Shown: positions 27,666 through 37,650, counted from the stretch's first letter. The stretch: 64,000 bases of DNA from Longimicrobiales bacterium (GCA_965202805.1 OZ241869.1:128001-192000), one strand, 5' to 3'. Notes: generated from the sequence alone by a model not told the origin. A program made the numbers and translations.

Positions 27666-27945
27666 GCCGGGGGCGCCGGGATGCGATGGCGTTCGCGTGG
27701 CCAGGCCCGGTTGGTGGGTATTGGCCGGGCGCCGGGATGTGATATTGGGCCGTGCTTGCGCGCGGCGTGCCGGGAGATTGCCGGGCGCCGGGATGTGGGA
27801 TTGGGTGGCGCTTGCCCGGAGCGTGCCGGAGGTCGCCGGGCGCCGGGATGCGATTCCGGGCCGCGGCGGGCGCGATTCCTGCCGGGATACAGGGGTGCAG
27901 GTCGCTCGCCGGGCGCCGGGATGCGATTCCGGGCCGCGCGGGCGC
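27666..27945. repeat. Degenerate intergenic tandem repeat, five units with core GGGCGCCGGGATG
   Basis: Core at 27671, 27727, 27783, 27838, 27911 (spacing 56, 56, 55, 73). Confidence 0.85.
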
Positions 27946-27984
27946 GGACATGAAGCGATGAGACCAGGAACGGAGAGATAGACC

Positions 27985-29532
27985 GTGTCGGCAGACCGAG
28001 TGGTGATTCTTCCCGACGACGCGCACAACCGCGAACTGGTGGGTCATGTGCACCCGCCGGACTGGCGCAACCCCGAACCCCGCGACCGCTACCACTTGGT
28101 CGTGGTCGGGGCGGGGACAGGGGGGCTGGTGAGTGCCGCCATCGGCGCAGGGCTGGGCGCGAGGGTCGCACTGGTTGAGCGCCACCTGATGGGCGGCGAC
28201 TGCCTCAACTTCGGGTGCGTCCCCTCCAAGGCGGTGATCAGTTCGGCCCGGAGGGTGCACGCGGCGCGCCCGGCCGGCACGAACGGTCGCCGGGGTGGGG
28301 AAGGGGGCGGCGGGGCGGCGGAAGTGTCCGGCGCCGGGAGCGACTTCGCCGCCGCCATGGAGCGCATGCGCCGGCTGCGCGCCCGCATCAGCCCGATCGA
28401 CGGCGCGTCCCGTTTCGCCGGGCTGGGGGTGGACGTCTTCCTGGGACACGGCGAGTTCGTCGGCCCCGACCGCCTTCGGGTTAATGGAGACGAACTCCAC
28501 TTCCGCCGCGCGATCATCGCGACCGGCGCCCGTGCTGCGCTCATCCCGGTGCCCGGGCTGGAAGGCCCCGGCGTCTACACCAACGAGACCATCTTCTCGC
28601 TCACCGAGCTGCCGCCGCGCCTGATGGTGATCGGCGCCGGCCCCATCGGGGTGGAGTTGGCCCAGACCTTCGCGCGCTTCGGCAGCCGGGTGACCGTGGT
28701 GCACGCCGACGCTCACCCGCTGCCACGCGACGACCGGGACGCGGCCGCCATCGTGACCCGGGCGATCGAGACCGACGGCGTGCGCGTTCTGAATTCGGCA
28801 GCGGTGCTGCGCGCGCGCCGCGAGGATGGCGTCACCGTACTCGAAGTCGAACACACCGGACAGCGGGAGCAACTCGCGGCCGAGGCCGTTTTGGTGGCGG
28901 CCGGCCGGGCTCCCAACGTCGGCGGGATGGGACTCGAGGCCGCGGGCGTCGCCCACGACCGCGCCGGCATCCACGTCGACGACCAGTTGCGCACCACCGC
29001 AAAGGGCATCTACGCGGTAGGCGATGTGGCGTCGAAGCACCAGTTCACCCACGCCGCCGACCACCAGGCCCGCATCGCCGTGCAGAACGCGCTCTTCTTC
29101 GGCCGCGGCCGAGCCAGCCGCCTGGTGATCCCGTGGGCGACCTACACCGAGCCGGAGGTCGCCCACGTCGGCCTCCACCGCGACGAGGCCGTCCAGGCGG
29201 GCCACGACGTAGAGACCATCACCGTCCACTTCGACGACATCGACCGCGCCATCCTCGAGGGCGAGAAGGAAGGCTTCCTCCGCGTTCATCTGAAGAAGGG
29301 AAGCGACCGCATTCTGGGGGCGACGCTGGTGTCGGCGCACGCGGGCGACATGATCGGCGAAATCACGCTGGCGATGACCGCCGGCCTGGGCCTGGGCAAG
29401 CTCGGGAGCACGATTCACCCCTATCCCACGCGCAGCGATGCCTTCGCGCGCGCGGCCAACGCATGGCGCAAGCAGAAGCTGACACCCACCGCCCGGAAGG
29501 TGTTTCGCGCCTTCTTCCGGGTGTTCAGGTAG
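27985..29532 (+). CDS. Pyridine nucleotide-disulfide oxidoreductase (mercuric reductase/E3-like)
   Basis: GAGTGG, GGDCLNFGCVPSK, GAGPIG, YAVGD, HPYPT; no C-terminal CC of true MerA. Confidence 0.88.
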   Translation: MSADRVVILPDDAHNRELVGHVHPPDWRNPEPRDRYHLVVVGAGTGGLVSAAIGAGLGARVALVERHLMGGDCLNFGCVPSKAVISSARRVHAARPAGTNGRRGGEGGGGAAEVSGAGSDFAAAMERMRRLRARISPIDGASRFAGLGVDVFLGHGEFVGPDRLRVNGDELHFRRAIIATGARAALIPVPGLEGPGVYTNETIFSLTELPPRLMVIGAGPIGVELAQTFARFGSRVTVVHADAHPLPRDDRDAAAIVTRAIETDGVRVLNSAAVLRARREDGVTVLEVEHTGQREQLAAEAVLVAAGRAPNVGGMGLEAAGVAHDRAGIHVDDQLRTTAKGIYAVGDVASKHQFTHAADHQARIAVQNALFFGRGRASRLVIPWATYTEPEVAHVGLHRDEAVQAGHDVETITVHFDDIDRAILEGEKEGFLRVHLKKGSDRILGATLVSAHAGDMIGEITLAMTAGLGLGKLGSTIHPYPTRSDAFARAANAWRKQKLTPTARKVFRAFFRVFR

Positions 29533-29548
29533 GGCGGTGGTGGCCGGG

Positions 29549-30526
29549 ATGACCCGCCCGGGCGGCGCGACCGCCGTGCGCGTCTCCGCTCCCGCCACCA
29601 TCGGCAACATCGCGTGCGGCTTCGATGTCTTCGGCATGGCGATCGAGCGGCCGTGCGACGCGGTGGTCGCGCGCGCGACGCCGGAGCCGGGGGTGACCAT
29701 CGAGCGCATTGCCGGCGACGTGGGACCCATCCCCGCCGATCCGGCGCGCAACAGCGCCGGTGTGGCCGCCCGCGCCGTGCTGGAGATGAGCGGCGTCGAT
29801 TCGGCAGGGGTGGCGCTCGAGCTTCACAAGGGCATTCCCCTCGCTGGCGGCATGGGCGGCAGTGCCTCCAGCGCGGTGGCGGGGGCGGTGGCGGCGGATC
29901 GGGCGACGAGGGCCGGCCTCTCCCGGAGACAGCTGCTCCGCTGTGCGGTGGCTGGCGAACTGGCGGGTTCGGGATCGCCGGCCGCGGACAATGTCGCACC
30001 CGCCCTGTACGGCGGAATCGTGCTGGTCCTCCCGGGCAGATCGCTGCACGTCGTGGAGCTTCCCGTCCCCGCGGAGCTGTGGGCGGTCGTGGTCCGCCCG
30101 GATCTGGAGACCCGCACGGAGGATGCCCGTCGCGTGCTGGGCGAACACGTACCCCTCAAGGCCGCGGTGACGCAGTGGGCCAACACCGCTGCCTTCACCG
30201 CGGGGCTCTACGCGTCGGATTGGGACCTCATCTCCCGATCCATCAGAGATGTCATCGCGGAACCGCTGCGCGCCGGACGCGTCCCCGGTTTCGCCCGGGC
30301 CAGGGAAGCGGCGATGACCCGCGGCGCCCTCGGCTTCTCCCTGTCCGGGTCCGGGCCCTCGGTCTTCGCGCTGTGCCGGGGCTGCGAGACGGCCGAAGAC
30401 GTCGCAGCGGGGATCCGCCGGGCCTTTGGCGAGACCGCGGCGCTCGAGTGCGACGTCCATGTCTCTCCCGTCAACCGGCGTGGGGTGCGCGTCGAGGACG
30501 CCCGCCCGGGCGACACGACGCGGTGA
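29549..30526 (+). CDS. thrB: Homoserine kinase
   Basis: PATIGNIACGFD, KGIPLAGGMGGSAS, DNVAP, SGSGP. Confidence 0.92.
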   Translation: MTRPGGATAVRVSAPATIGNIACGFDVFGMAIERPCDAVVARATPEPGVTIERIAGDVGPIPADPARNSAGVAARAVLEMSGVDSAGVALELHKGIPLAGGMGGSASSAVAGAVAADRATRAGLSRRQLLRCAVAGELAGSGSPAADNVAPALYGGIVLVLPGRSLHVVELPVPAELWAVVVRPDLETRTEDARRVLGEHVPLKAAVTQWANTAAFTAGLYASDWDLISRSIRDVIAEPLRAGRVPGFARAREAAMTRGALGFSLSGSGPSVFALCRGCETAEDVAAGIRRAFGETAALECDVHVSPVNRRGVRVEDARPGDTTR

Positions 30527-30587
30527 CCTGCCTGCTCGCGGTGCGTCAGCCGTTGCCCGTCCTCCCGGACTGCGGTCCCGAATTCCG

Positions 30588-31889
30588 TTGAGGCTCGTCA
30601 GCACCTCGGGTGACGCGGCTCCCGTCTCCTTCAGGGAGGCGCTCTTCCAGGGTCTCGCACCCGATGGCGGACTCTTCATGCCGGAGCGGCTTACGCCCCT
30701 TTCCCCGCCGGACGTCGAGGCGCTGAGGGGAGCCGGTGCCATCGAATGCGGCCTTGCCGTGGCGCGTCATCTTCTCGGCGATGAACTGGAGGATGAAGTG
30801 CTGGCATCCGCCGTGCGCGAGGCGCTCGGCTTCCCGCTGCCGCTGGTTCCACTGGGCCCGCGCGCGCACGTGCTGGAGCTGTTTCACGGCCCCACGCTGG
30901 CATTCAAGGATGTGGGGGCGCGCTTCATGGGCTGTCTGATGTCGAGGTTGCAGCGCTCCGGGCCTTCCCTGACGGTCATGGTGGCGACTTCGGGCGACAC
31001 CGGCGGGGCTGTCGCGCACGCCTTTCTCGGCCTGCCGCGGACGCGCGTGGTGGTGCTGTTCCCGGAGGGGCAGGTGAGCGAGCGCCAGCAGCGGCAGTTC
31101 ACGACGCTGGGCGACCAGGTGCTCGCCGTGGCCGTCGCCGGCGCCTTCGACGACTGCCAGCGTCTGGTGAAGGCGATGTTCCGCGATCGGCAGGTGGCCG
31201 AGGCGCTCGCGCTCACCTCCGCGAATTCGATCAATATCGGACGCCTGCTGCCGCAGATCTTCTACTACTTCCACGCGTGGGCGCAGCTGAACCGGCGCGA
31301 GCCGCCGCTCTTCTCGGTGCCGTCGGGGAACTTCGGCAACCTGGCAGCCGGCCTCATGGCCCGCGAGCTGGGGTTGCCCGTTGCGGGCTTTGTCACCGCG
31401 ACCAACGCCAACGACGTCGTCCCGGAGTACCTGCGGACGGGTTTCTACGAGCCGCGGGCGTCGGTGCGCACGCTCTCAAGCGCGATGGATGTCGGTGCGC
31501 CTTCGAATCTGGCGCGCATCCTCGCTCTGTTCGATGGCGAGCTGGGGCGTCTGCGGGGATGCCTGTCGGGCTCGGCATGGAGCGACGGCGATACGCGGGA
31601 GGCGATGAAGCGTGTTTTCGACGAGCAGGGCTACGTCCTGGACCCGCACACCGCGGTCGGATGGCTCGCGTTGGAGCAGGCCCTCGCCGAAGACCCGGAT
31701 GCACAGGGCGTGGTGCTGGCCACGGCTCACCCGGCCAAGTTCGGTGACATCGTCGAGGAAGCCATCGGGGGGGCCGTTCCCGTTCCCGAGCAACTGGCCG
31801 CGGGGGCGACGAGGCACTCGCGCTTCGTCAGGATTCCTCCCAGCTTGCACGAGTTGCAGCGGGTTTTGATGGGATGGGCGGGTGCGTAG
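30588..31889 (+). CDS. thrC: Threonine synthase (start approximate)
   Basis: GLAPDGGL, ELFHGPTLAFKD, ATSGDTG, ANSINIGR, PSGNFGN, TAHPAKF. Confidence 0.93.
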   Translation: MRLVSTSGDAAPVSFREALFQGLAPDGGLFMPERLTPLSPPDVEALRGAGAIECGLAVARHLLGDELEDEVLASAVREALGFPLPLVPLGPRAHVLELFHGPTLAFKDVGARFMGCLMSRLQRSGPSLTVMVATSGDTGGAVAHAFLGLPRTRVVVLFPEGQVSERQQRQFTTLGDQVLAVAVAGAFDDCQRLVKAMFRDRQVAEALALTSANSINIGRLLPQIFYYFHAWAQLNRREPPLFSVPSGNFGNLAAGLMARELGLPVAGFVTATNANDVVPEYLRTGFYEPRASVRTLSSAMDVGAPSNLARILALFDGELGRLRGCLSGSAWSDGDTREAMKRVFDEQGYVLDPHTAVGWLALEQALAEDPDAQGVVLATAHPAKFGDIVEEAIGGAVPVPEQLAAGATRHSRFVRIPPSLHELQRVLMGWAGA

Positions 31890-31985
31890 CTGGACCATGA
31901 GGCTCGGGCCTGACGATCTTCGTCCTGACCTGACCATGTCTTCTGGTCCGATCGAGGTTCTTTCCCGGCGACAAGGAAACCGCCC

Positions 31986-32225
31986 ATGAAGAAGAAGGGA
32001 ATCATCGCGTGCGCAGCAGCGCTCTATCTCTTTGTGGGACTCAGCGGGTTGTTCCGTTTCCCGGCGGCCTTCGGATACAGCCGGACGATGACGATGTACT
32101 ACGATCCCGCCGAGGGTCGTGAGCCCACGGAGGCGATCCGCTGCCGCGGGCTCCCGGGGCTGTTCAGCTACTGCGAAGGCACGATCGAGGCGCCGCGTCC
32201 CCCGGCCAGCAGAGTCGGCGCCTAG
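31986..32225 (+). CDS. Small hypothetical secreted/membrane protein
   Basis: AAGGA RBS; MKKK plus hydrophobic stretch. Confidence 0.45.
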   Translation: MKKKGIIACAAALYLFVGLSGLFRFPAAFGYSRTMTMYYDPAEGREPTEAIRCRGLPGLFSYCEGTIEAPRPPASRVGA

Positions 32226-32238
32226 CATCCACGGGCGG

Positions 32239-32637
32239 TTACACCTGGCGCGAGGGTCGGCGGCCGCGCACGACCGCGTACACGATCCACGCCGGGACAC
32301 TCAGCGCGATGGCGTAGATCGCGATCGCAATCGGACCGAGCAGACCGGCGAAGAGCGTCGCGAACGAGGTGAGAGGCGCGAGGATCGCGAACGATGTCCA
32401 CGCCGCGCGCGTGGACCCGGTCCGCCAGATCTGCCGGAAAGCCAGGGCGAGCGGCAGCCCGCACGGCGCCGTTGCCGCGAGCGAGAGGAGCGCCAAGGGC
32501 AGCATGAACAGCGTCTCGGGCGTGATCGGAGGGGCCACGCCGCGGGCGAGCGACACCACTACGACCCCCGCGGGCAGCCACGCGAGGGACAAAAGCCAGA
32601 ACTTTCCTGCTGAACCGAACGGCTGGTCGGTCATCAT
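32239..32637 (-). CDS. Hypothetical multi-TM membrane protein
   Basis: Four hydrophobic segments; begins 4 nt after the stop of the upstream gene. Confidence 0.6.
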   Translation of the reverse strand: MMTDQPFGSAGKFWLLSLAWLPAGVVVVSLARGVAPPITPETLFMLPLALLSLAATAPCGLPLALAFRQIWRTGSTRAAWTSFAILAPLTSFATLFAGLLGPIAIAIYAIALSVPAWIVYAVVRGRRPSRQV

Positions 32638-32641
32638 GGTC

Positions 32642-33913
32642 TCAGTCCCGCCAGGCCGTCCAGGGCTGTTGCGACCGCAGCACACGGATGCCGTGGTCCA
32701 CCACCGTCTGTGCGAACACGACTCGATCCGCAGAGTCCACGAGCATGGCCGGGAAGCCGCTCGCACGTGCGTTGGAGGAGGCTGCTACCTCGCGCGCGGG
32801 GCCGAGGTTCCCGTCCGCGGTGATGCGACGCACGAACAGTTGCTCGGCCTCAAGCCAGGTGACGAGCGCCGTTCCCGGCTCGGGCATCACGGCCGCGACG
32901 CGTCCCACCGGGTTGCCCAGGTCGATGGTGACCGGCGCCCCGAAGGTAGCGCCCGAGTCGTGCGAGAAGGCCGCCCGCACCCGGGGCGTGTTGCCGGCGC
33001 CGGTGAACCACGCCACCACCACCGCATCGCCGAGGGCCGCGACGGAAGGCCCGTTCACCGGACAGCCCGGGATCACCCAGCCGTCGTCGTGCACGGGCAC
33101 CCCGCCCGTCCATTTCCCGTCCACGAAGCGCCCCACGGAGATGTCGCGCACTTCCTCCGCGGTGCGGTCGCGGTAGACGACCACCGGCCCCTCTGAGGTC
33201 ATCGCCGCGTCGGTCTGGCAGCAGTCGCAAATGCGGTCGTCGAGCTCGACCTCGGCGGTCATCGTCCCGTCCGCGCCGGCCGTCCGGTACCGCAGCGTCA
33301 TGCGGGGATTGGCCGCCCGCGAGCCATCGGCCTCGAAGAAGCGCCGGCCGTCCAGCCAGACCATCCCCGCCTCCCCGTGCCCCAACCCGAACACCGACAC
33401 GAACCCGTGCTCGGAGGGCGTGCCGTCCTCATGCGGCGTCCACGGCGCGCTCCACGAATGCCCGCCGTCCCCGGAGAAGGAGACCCGCACCCCGTAGTCG
33501 TAGGTGGCCGGCCCGCCCCGCTGGAGCCAGTGCGCCGCCAGCCGCCCGTCGCCCACGGGCCAAACCACCGGAAAATCGGCCCAGTTCACGAAGAACGTGA
33601 TGCCCCCGCCCGAGCGGGTCACCTCGAAGGGCTTGCCCAGGGTGCCATCCGCATACGGGGCTCCCTTCAGCGCCCACACTTCCTCGCCTTCGGCGATGTG
33701 CGGTTCGAGCCAGCTCAGCACCACCGCATCACCGTGGCGCTCCAGCGACGGGAAGCGGGCTCCGGACGCGGCCTCCACGGCCAGTTCCTCCACAGCGAGT
33801 TCGGTAACGCTGGATTCAGGAGCTGCGCAGGCGGCAATGATGAGGCAGCCGAGTCCAGCGCGCCCGTACCGCCAGCTCGTCCGCCGTTTGGAGTGAGGAA
33901 CCGCAGGATGCAT
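32642..33913 (-). CDS. BNR/Asp-box (sialidase-fold) lipoprotein with Cys motifs
   Basis: Lipobox IAAC, FFVNWADFP, SGDGGHSW and SHDSGATF Asp boxes, ICDCCQT, GCPVNGP. Confidence 0.8.
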   Translation of the reverse strand: MHPAVPHSKRRTSWRYGRAGLGCLIIAACAAPESSVTELAVEELAVEAASGARFPSLERHGDAVVLSWLEPHIAEGEEVWALKGAPYADGTLGKPFEVTRSGGGITFFVNWADFPVVWPVGDGRLAAHWLQRGGPATYDYGVRVSFSGDGGHSWSAPWTPHEDGTPSEHGFVSVFGLGHGEAGMVWLDGRRFFEADGSRAANPRMTLRYRTAGADGTMTAEVELDDRICDCCQTDAAMTSEGPVVVYRDRTAEEVRDISVGRFVDGKWTGGVPVHDDGWVIPGCPVNGPSVAALGDAVVVAWFTGAGNTPRVRAAFSHDSGATFGAPVTIDLGNPVGRVAAVMPEPGTALVTWLEAEQLFVRRITADGNLGPAREVAASSNARASGFPAMLVDSADRVVFAQTVVDHGIRVLRSQQPWTAWRD

Positions 33914-34169
33914 GATGGACTCGATGCCGGAAAGTTCTGTGTGTTTACGTTGCACGGACAAAGATGCCAGGGTTCTGCGGATGTCGAAAGGGATTCCACA
34001 TTCGGCCGCGCATCGGACCGTGCGGTGCACGGTGCACTGCAGCTGCCGCAGAGTCTCCGGCCTGTTGCACGCGGGACATGAGCAGCGGAGTATTACAGGA
34101 GTATTACAGAGTGGTTGCCGAGCGGGAGCCCTGCTCGACCCCATCCCGCGCCCGGAGGAGGATAACCGC

Positions 34170-35048
34170 ATGACCCGTTCCATTCGTACCCCCATTCCGA
34201 TTGCGGCCACCCTCGCCCTGACGCTCGGCGCCTGCGCCGAAGGCACCGAACAGGCCGCCGAAATGGACCCCGCGACCAGCCAGGTCGCCGAGGGCGTCTT
34301 CTGGTTCAACGCCGGTACGCACAACGCGTTCTTCGTGGAAACCGACGATGGCGTGGTGGCCTTCGACCCCATCTCGAACGAAGCCGCGGCGGGGCTGGCG
34401 GCTTCCATCCGGGGCGCGGTCCCGGGCAAGCCGCTTGCGGCCATCGTCTACAGCCACAGTGACGCGGACCACGCCACCGGTGCGCCGGTGCTGCAGGAGG
34501 CGTTCGGCGGCGGCGTGCCGATCATCGCGCAGGAGAACGCGCTGCCCATCATTCTGGAGCGCGCGGATCCCGACCTCCCGCCCCCGGACCTGACCTTCTC
34601 CGACGAGATGACGCTGCGCTTCGGCGGCCGCGCCATCGAGCTGCATTACCTGGGGCCGAGCCACACGGACAACCTGCTGGTGGCGTTTCTCCCCGAGGAG
34701 CGTATCGCCTTCGCGGTCGACTTCGTCAGCAACGACCGGGTGGGCTACCAGAGCCTGCCGGGATGGCACTTCGACGATTTCTACGTCGCGCTGGACCGGC
34801 TGATGGAGATCCCCTTCGAGACCGTGGTCTTCGGGCACGGAGACGTGGGGGACCGTGGCACCATCGAGCGCCAGCTCGCCTATTACGCGGATCTGCGGGA
34901 CGCCGTGCAGGCTGCGCTCGACCAGGGTTTGTCCGAAGAGGAAGCCAAGGCCCGGGTGCGCCTGGACGACTACGCCCACTGGGGCCAGTACGAAGCGTGG
35001 TTCCCGATGAACGTGGGTGCCGTCTACCGCTGGCTTGCCGAGAGCTGA
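34170..35048 (+). CDS. Metallo-beta-lactamase-fold lipoprotein
   Basis: GGAGG RBS, lipobox LGAC, SHSDADH, GPSHT, FGHG. Confidence 0.85.
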   Translation: MTRSIRTPIPIAATLALTLGACAEGTEQAAEMDPATSQVAEGVFWFNAGTHNAFFVETDDGVVAFDPISNEAAAGLAASIRGAVPGKPLAAIVYSHSDADHATGAPVLQEAFGGGVPIIAQENALPIILERADPDLPPPDLTFSDEMTLRFGGRAIELHYLGPSHTDNLLVAFLPEERIAFAVDFVSNDRVGYQSLPGWHFDDFYVALDRLMEIPFETVVFGHGDVGDRGTIERQLAYYADLRDAVQAALDQGLSEEEAKARVRLDDYAHWGQYEAWFPMNVGAVYRWLAES

Positions 35049-35106
35049 GGACCCTGCCGGCCCGAGGATGAGTCCCTCGAAGGCCGGGGGGTTCGTCCGC
35101 CGGCTG

Positions 35107-36372
35107 CTACACCCGCACCGCCAGCCCGTCGTGGAGGGCCGTGCGGTAGGCCTTGAGCGCGGGCACGAAACCCATAAGGAAGCCGGCCGTCACCACGGCG
35201 CCCAGGAAGAGCAACTCGATCGAGCCGGGTGGCCGGATCGGGATGAAGAGCCCCACCTGCGCCTCGACGATGGGCTGTCCGGCTGAGAGCAGCACGTACA
35301 CGAGCGCCAGGCCGCCGATGGCCCCCGCCGCGGCCAGGCACACCGACTCGAGCACCAGCAGCGAGACGATCCGGTTGGGCCCGGCCCCGACGGCGCGCAG
35401 AATCGCCATCTCGCGGCGGCGCTCGTTGAGCGACGTGTAGAGCGAGACCAGCATGCCCAGCAGTCCCACCAGCACGACGAAGATCGTTACCACCCGGAGC
35501 CCGGTCTCGGCGTAGCCGATCCCCTGCCACATCTCGTTCAGCGCCAACCCGGGGATGACCGCCATCATCGGCTCGCCCTCGTAGTCGTTGATCTCGCGCT
35601 GCAGCCGGAGCACGTCCCTCCGGTTCGTCGTGCCCACGAAGAACGATGTCACCTGGGTGATCTCGATCTCATCCATCGCGAGCACGTCCTCGCGCGTCTG
35701 CTCCTCGCCCGGCATGGGCGGCCCGCCGTCCTCCCATCCGAAGTGGATGGCCTCGATGCCCTCGAGGGTGACGTAGACCGCGCGGTCGACCGGGGTGAAG
35801 GTCTTGTCGAGGATACCCGTGACCGTGAACGGCATCTGGTCGTGGTTCAGGAAGCCCACCTCGCCGATCCCGTGGGTCACGGCGATCTCGTCGCCGAGCC
35901 CGTAGCCCAGTTCGCTCGCCACATCCGCGCCCAGGGTTACGTCGAAAACCTCCGAGCCGCCGCGGCCCTCCGCCAGCGTGATCTCCTGCCCCCCTCGATA
36001 CCGGTAGTGCCGGTAGAAGTCCTCGTTGGTGCCGATGACGCGGAATCCCCTGTGGCTGTCGCCCAGGCCGTATGGGATGGTCCAATCGATGGCGGGGTGC
36101 TCGGCCCATTCGCGGTACGTGTCCCAGGACAGGTTGTTCGTCGGCGATCCCATGCCGAAGACCGAGTACAGCAGCAGCTGAATCGTGCCGCCCTTGGTAC
36201 CCACGATCAGGTCGGTCCGGCTGATGGTGTTCGAGAAGCTCTCGCGCATGCCCACGCGCACGTTCTCGACGCCGATCAGGAGGGCGACGCTGAGCGCGAT
36301 GGACCCCACCGTGAGCGAGGTGCTGAAGGCGCGGTTGCGGAGCGACTTGAGCGCGAGATCCAAAACCAGCAT
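35107..36372 (-). CDS. FtsX/MacB-type ABC permease (Zrg-like)
   Basis: TDLIVG, QLLLYSVF, LGDSHRGFRVIGT, ERRREMAILRAVGA. Confidence 0.88.
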   Translation of the reverse strand: MLVLDLALKSLRNRAFSTSLTVGSIALSVALLIGVENVRVGMRESFSNTISRTDLIVGTKGGTIQLLLYSVFGMGSPTNNLSWDTYREWAEHPAIDWTIPYGLGDSHRGFRVIGTNEDFYRHYRYRGGQEITLAEGRGGSEVFDVTLGADVASELGYGLGDEIAVTHGIGEVGFLNHDQMPFTVTGILDKTFTPVDRAVYVTLEGIEAIHFGWEDGGPPMPGEEQTREDVLAMDEIEITQVTSFFVGTTNRRDVLRLQREINDYEGEPMMAVIPGLALNEMWQGIGYAETGLRVVTIFVVLVGLLGMLVSLYTSLNERRREMAILRAVGAGPNRIVSLLVLESVCLAAAGAIGGLALVYVLLSAGQPIVEAQVGLFIPIRPPGSIELLFLGAVVTAGFLMGFVPALKAYRTALHDGLAVRV

Positions 36373-37055
36373 CAGAGCACCGCCTTGTTGACGTCTGGGA
36401 GCGAGATGATGCGCGAGAACATGCTCTCCAAGGTGCGGTCGTGGCTCACGAACACCAGCGTTGCGCCGGCGCGCGCGCACTCCTGGAAGAGAAGCTCGAG
36501 GAAGGCCTCCCGGCGGTCGAAGTCCAGGGAGGAGGTGGGTTCATCGGCAACGATGAGCTCGGGGGCGCCGATCAGGGCCCGGCATGCGGCCACCCGCTGC
36601 TGCTGGCCCACCGAGAGTTCCGTCACCGGCTTCTTCAGCAGATCGCCGATCTGGAGATGATCGGCCAGCATCGCGGCGGTCTCCTTGACGCCCGTGCCGT
36701 CCAGCCGGGCCCGCCGGCGCGCGTCCATGCGCGCCGGGAGGGCGATGTTGTCGAGTACCGACAGGTAGGGGATGAGGTTGAACATCTGGAAGACGTAGCC
36801 GATGTGCTCCGCCCGGAAGGCGTCCCGCCGGGCGCCGGAGAGAGAGGCGAGATTCTCGCCCAGCACTCTGACCTCGCCCTCGTTCGCCTCCAGGACGCCC
36901 GCCAGCACCCCGAGCAGCGTGGTCTTGCCGCTCCCGCTCGGGCCGAACAGGAACGCGCGCTCGCCGCGCTCGAGGGTCAGTTCGGGAATATCCAGCACCC
37001 AGGGACCGCGGCCGTATCGGAACCGCAGGCGTCGGAGCTCGATTGCGAGGCTCAT
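36372..37055 (-). CDS. ABC transporter ATP-binding protein
   Basis: GPSGSGKT, LSVGQQQRV, ADEPT, VSHD. Confidence 0.93.
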   Translation of the reverse strand: MSLAIELRRLRFRYGRGPWVLDIPELTLERGERAFLFGPSGSGKTTLLGVLAGVLEANEGEVRVLGENLASLSGARRDAFRAEHIGYVFQMFNLIPYLSVLDNIALPARMDARRRARLDGTGVKETAAMLADHLQIGDLLKKPVTELSVGQQQRVAACRALIGAPELIVADEPTSSLDFDRREAFLELLFQECARAGATLVFVSHDRTLESMFSRIISLPDVNKAVL

Positions 37056-37152
37056 CTAATGGCGTCTCCCGCCGAAGCGTAGTTTCACGAAGAAGCGCGC
37101 CCTCGGCTCAGCGAAAGCGCGCTCCATGCATGCAGGCGGACTGCATCGCGGC

Positions 37153-37650
37153 TCAGGATCCGTACGGATACACCCGCTGGCCGGTGATGGTGAAGCCGAC
37201 GTAGCCGTATATGCTCCTTGTCATCTCGATCTCGAGCACGCCCTCGACCCACACCGGGTTCCACCCGTCCATCGCCGCCCGCTTTCCTGCATCCATCTGG
37301 ATGTAGACGAGCTGGTTGGGCGGCGGCGGCGGCGTGTGGATGCAGGCGCCGACGTAGGGCACGAGGAGGAATTCCGTCGCCGAAGACGCCCAGTCCTCGA
37401 GCGGCACCGTGAACCCGGGGATCTTGACGAGCTTGCCCGCGAGAGCCTGCAACTCCTCGCCCGCCTCGCCGGTGCGGTAGTTGAGGCTGGCAAGGAGCCG
37501 CCAGCCCACCTCGGTGGGATCGTCGGCGGATGCGACTGGTGCGTCGGCGGGGGGTTCCGTGACGGGCTCCGGGAGGCCGCCCGCGCCGGCAAGGGGCACC
37601 ACGAAAAGCATGGCGGCGGCGTAGCGAAGTCTGCGGCTGGCGTCGATCAT
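37153..37650 (-). CDS. DUF3299 family protein
   Basis: KIPGFTVPLE, EFLLVPYVGACIHTPPPPPNQ; signal peptide. Confidence 0.85.
   Translation of the reverse strand: MIDASRRLRYAAAMLFVVPLAGAGGLPEPVTEPPADAPVASADDPTEVGWRLLASLNYRTGEAGEELQALAGKLVKIPGFTVPLEDWASSATEFLLVPYVGACIHTPPPPPNQLVYIQMDAGKRAAMDGWNPVWVEGVLEIEMTRSIYGYVGFTITGQRVYPYGS

Noticed and set aside
27666..27945. CRISPR array
   Set aside because: Invariant core is only 13 nt, the intervening sequences are homologous to each other, spacing is irregular and no cas genes are in the window
27985..29532. True mercuric reductase merA
   Set aside because: No C-terminal Cys-Cys, no N-terminal metal-binding domain and no mer operon genes
26458..29751. 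1097-aa minus-strand ORF and other long antisense ORFs (e.g. 22928..24874, 18349..19968, 53739..55583)
   Set aside because: Shadow frames of well-supported genes in high-GC DNA; no recognisable motifs
31912..31924. GACGATCTTCGT match to the second BlaI operator
   Set aside because: Lacks the ACGA-N6-TCGT symmetry, the terminal AG and the adjacent TTGACA seen at the four accepted sites
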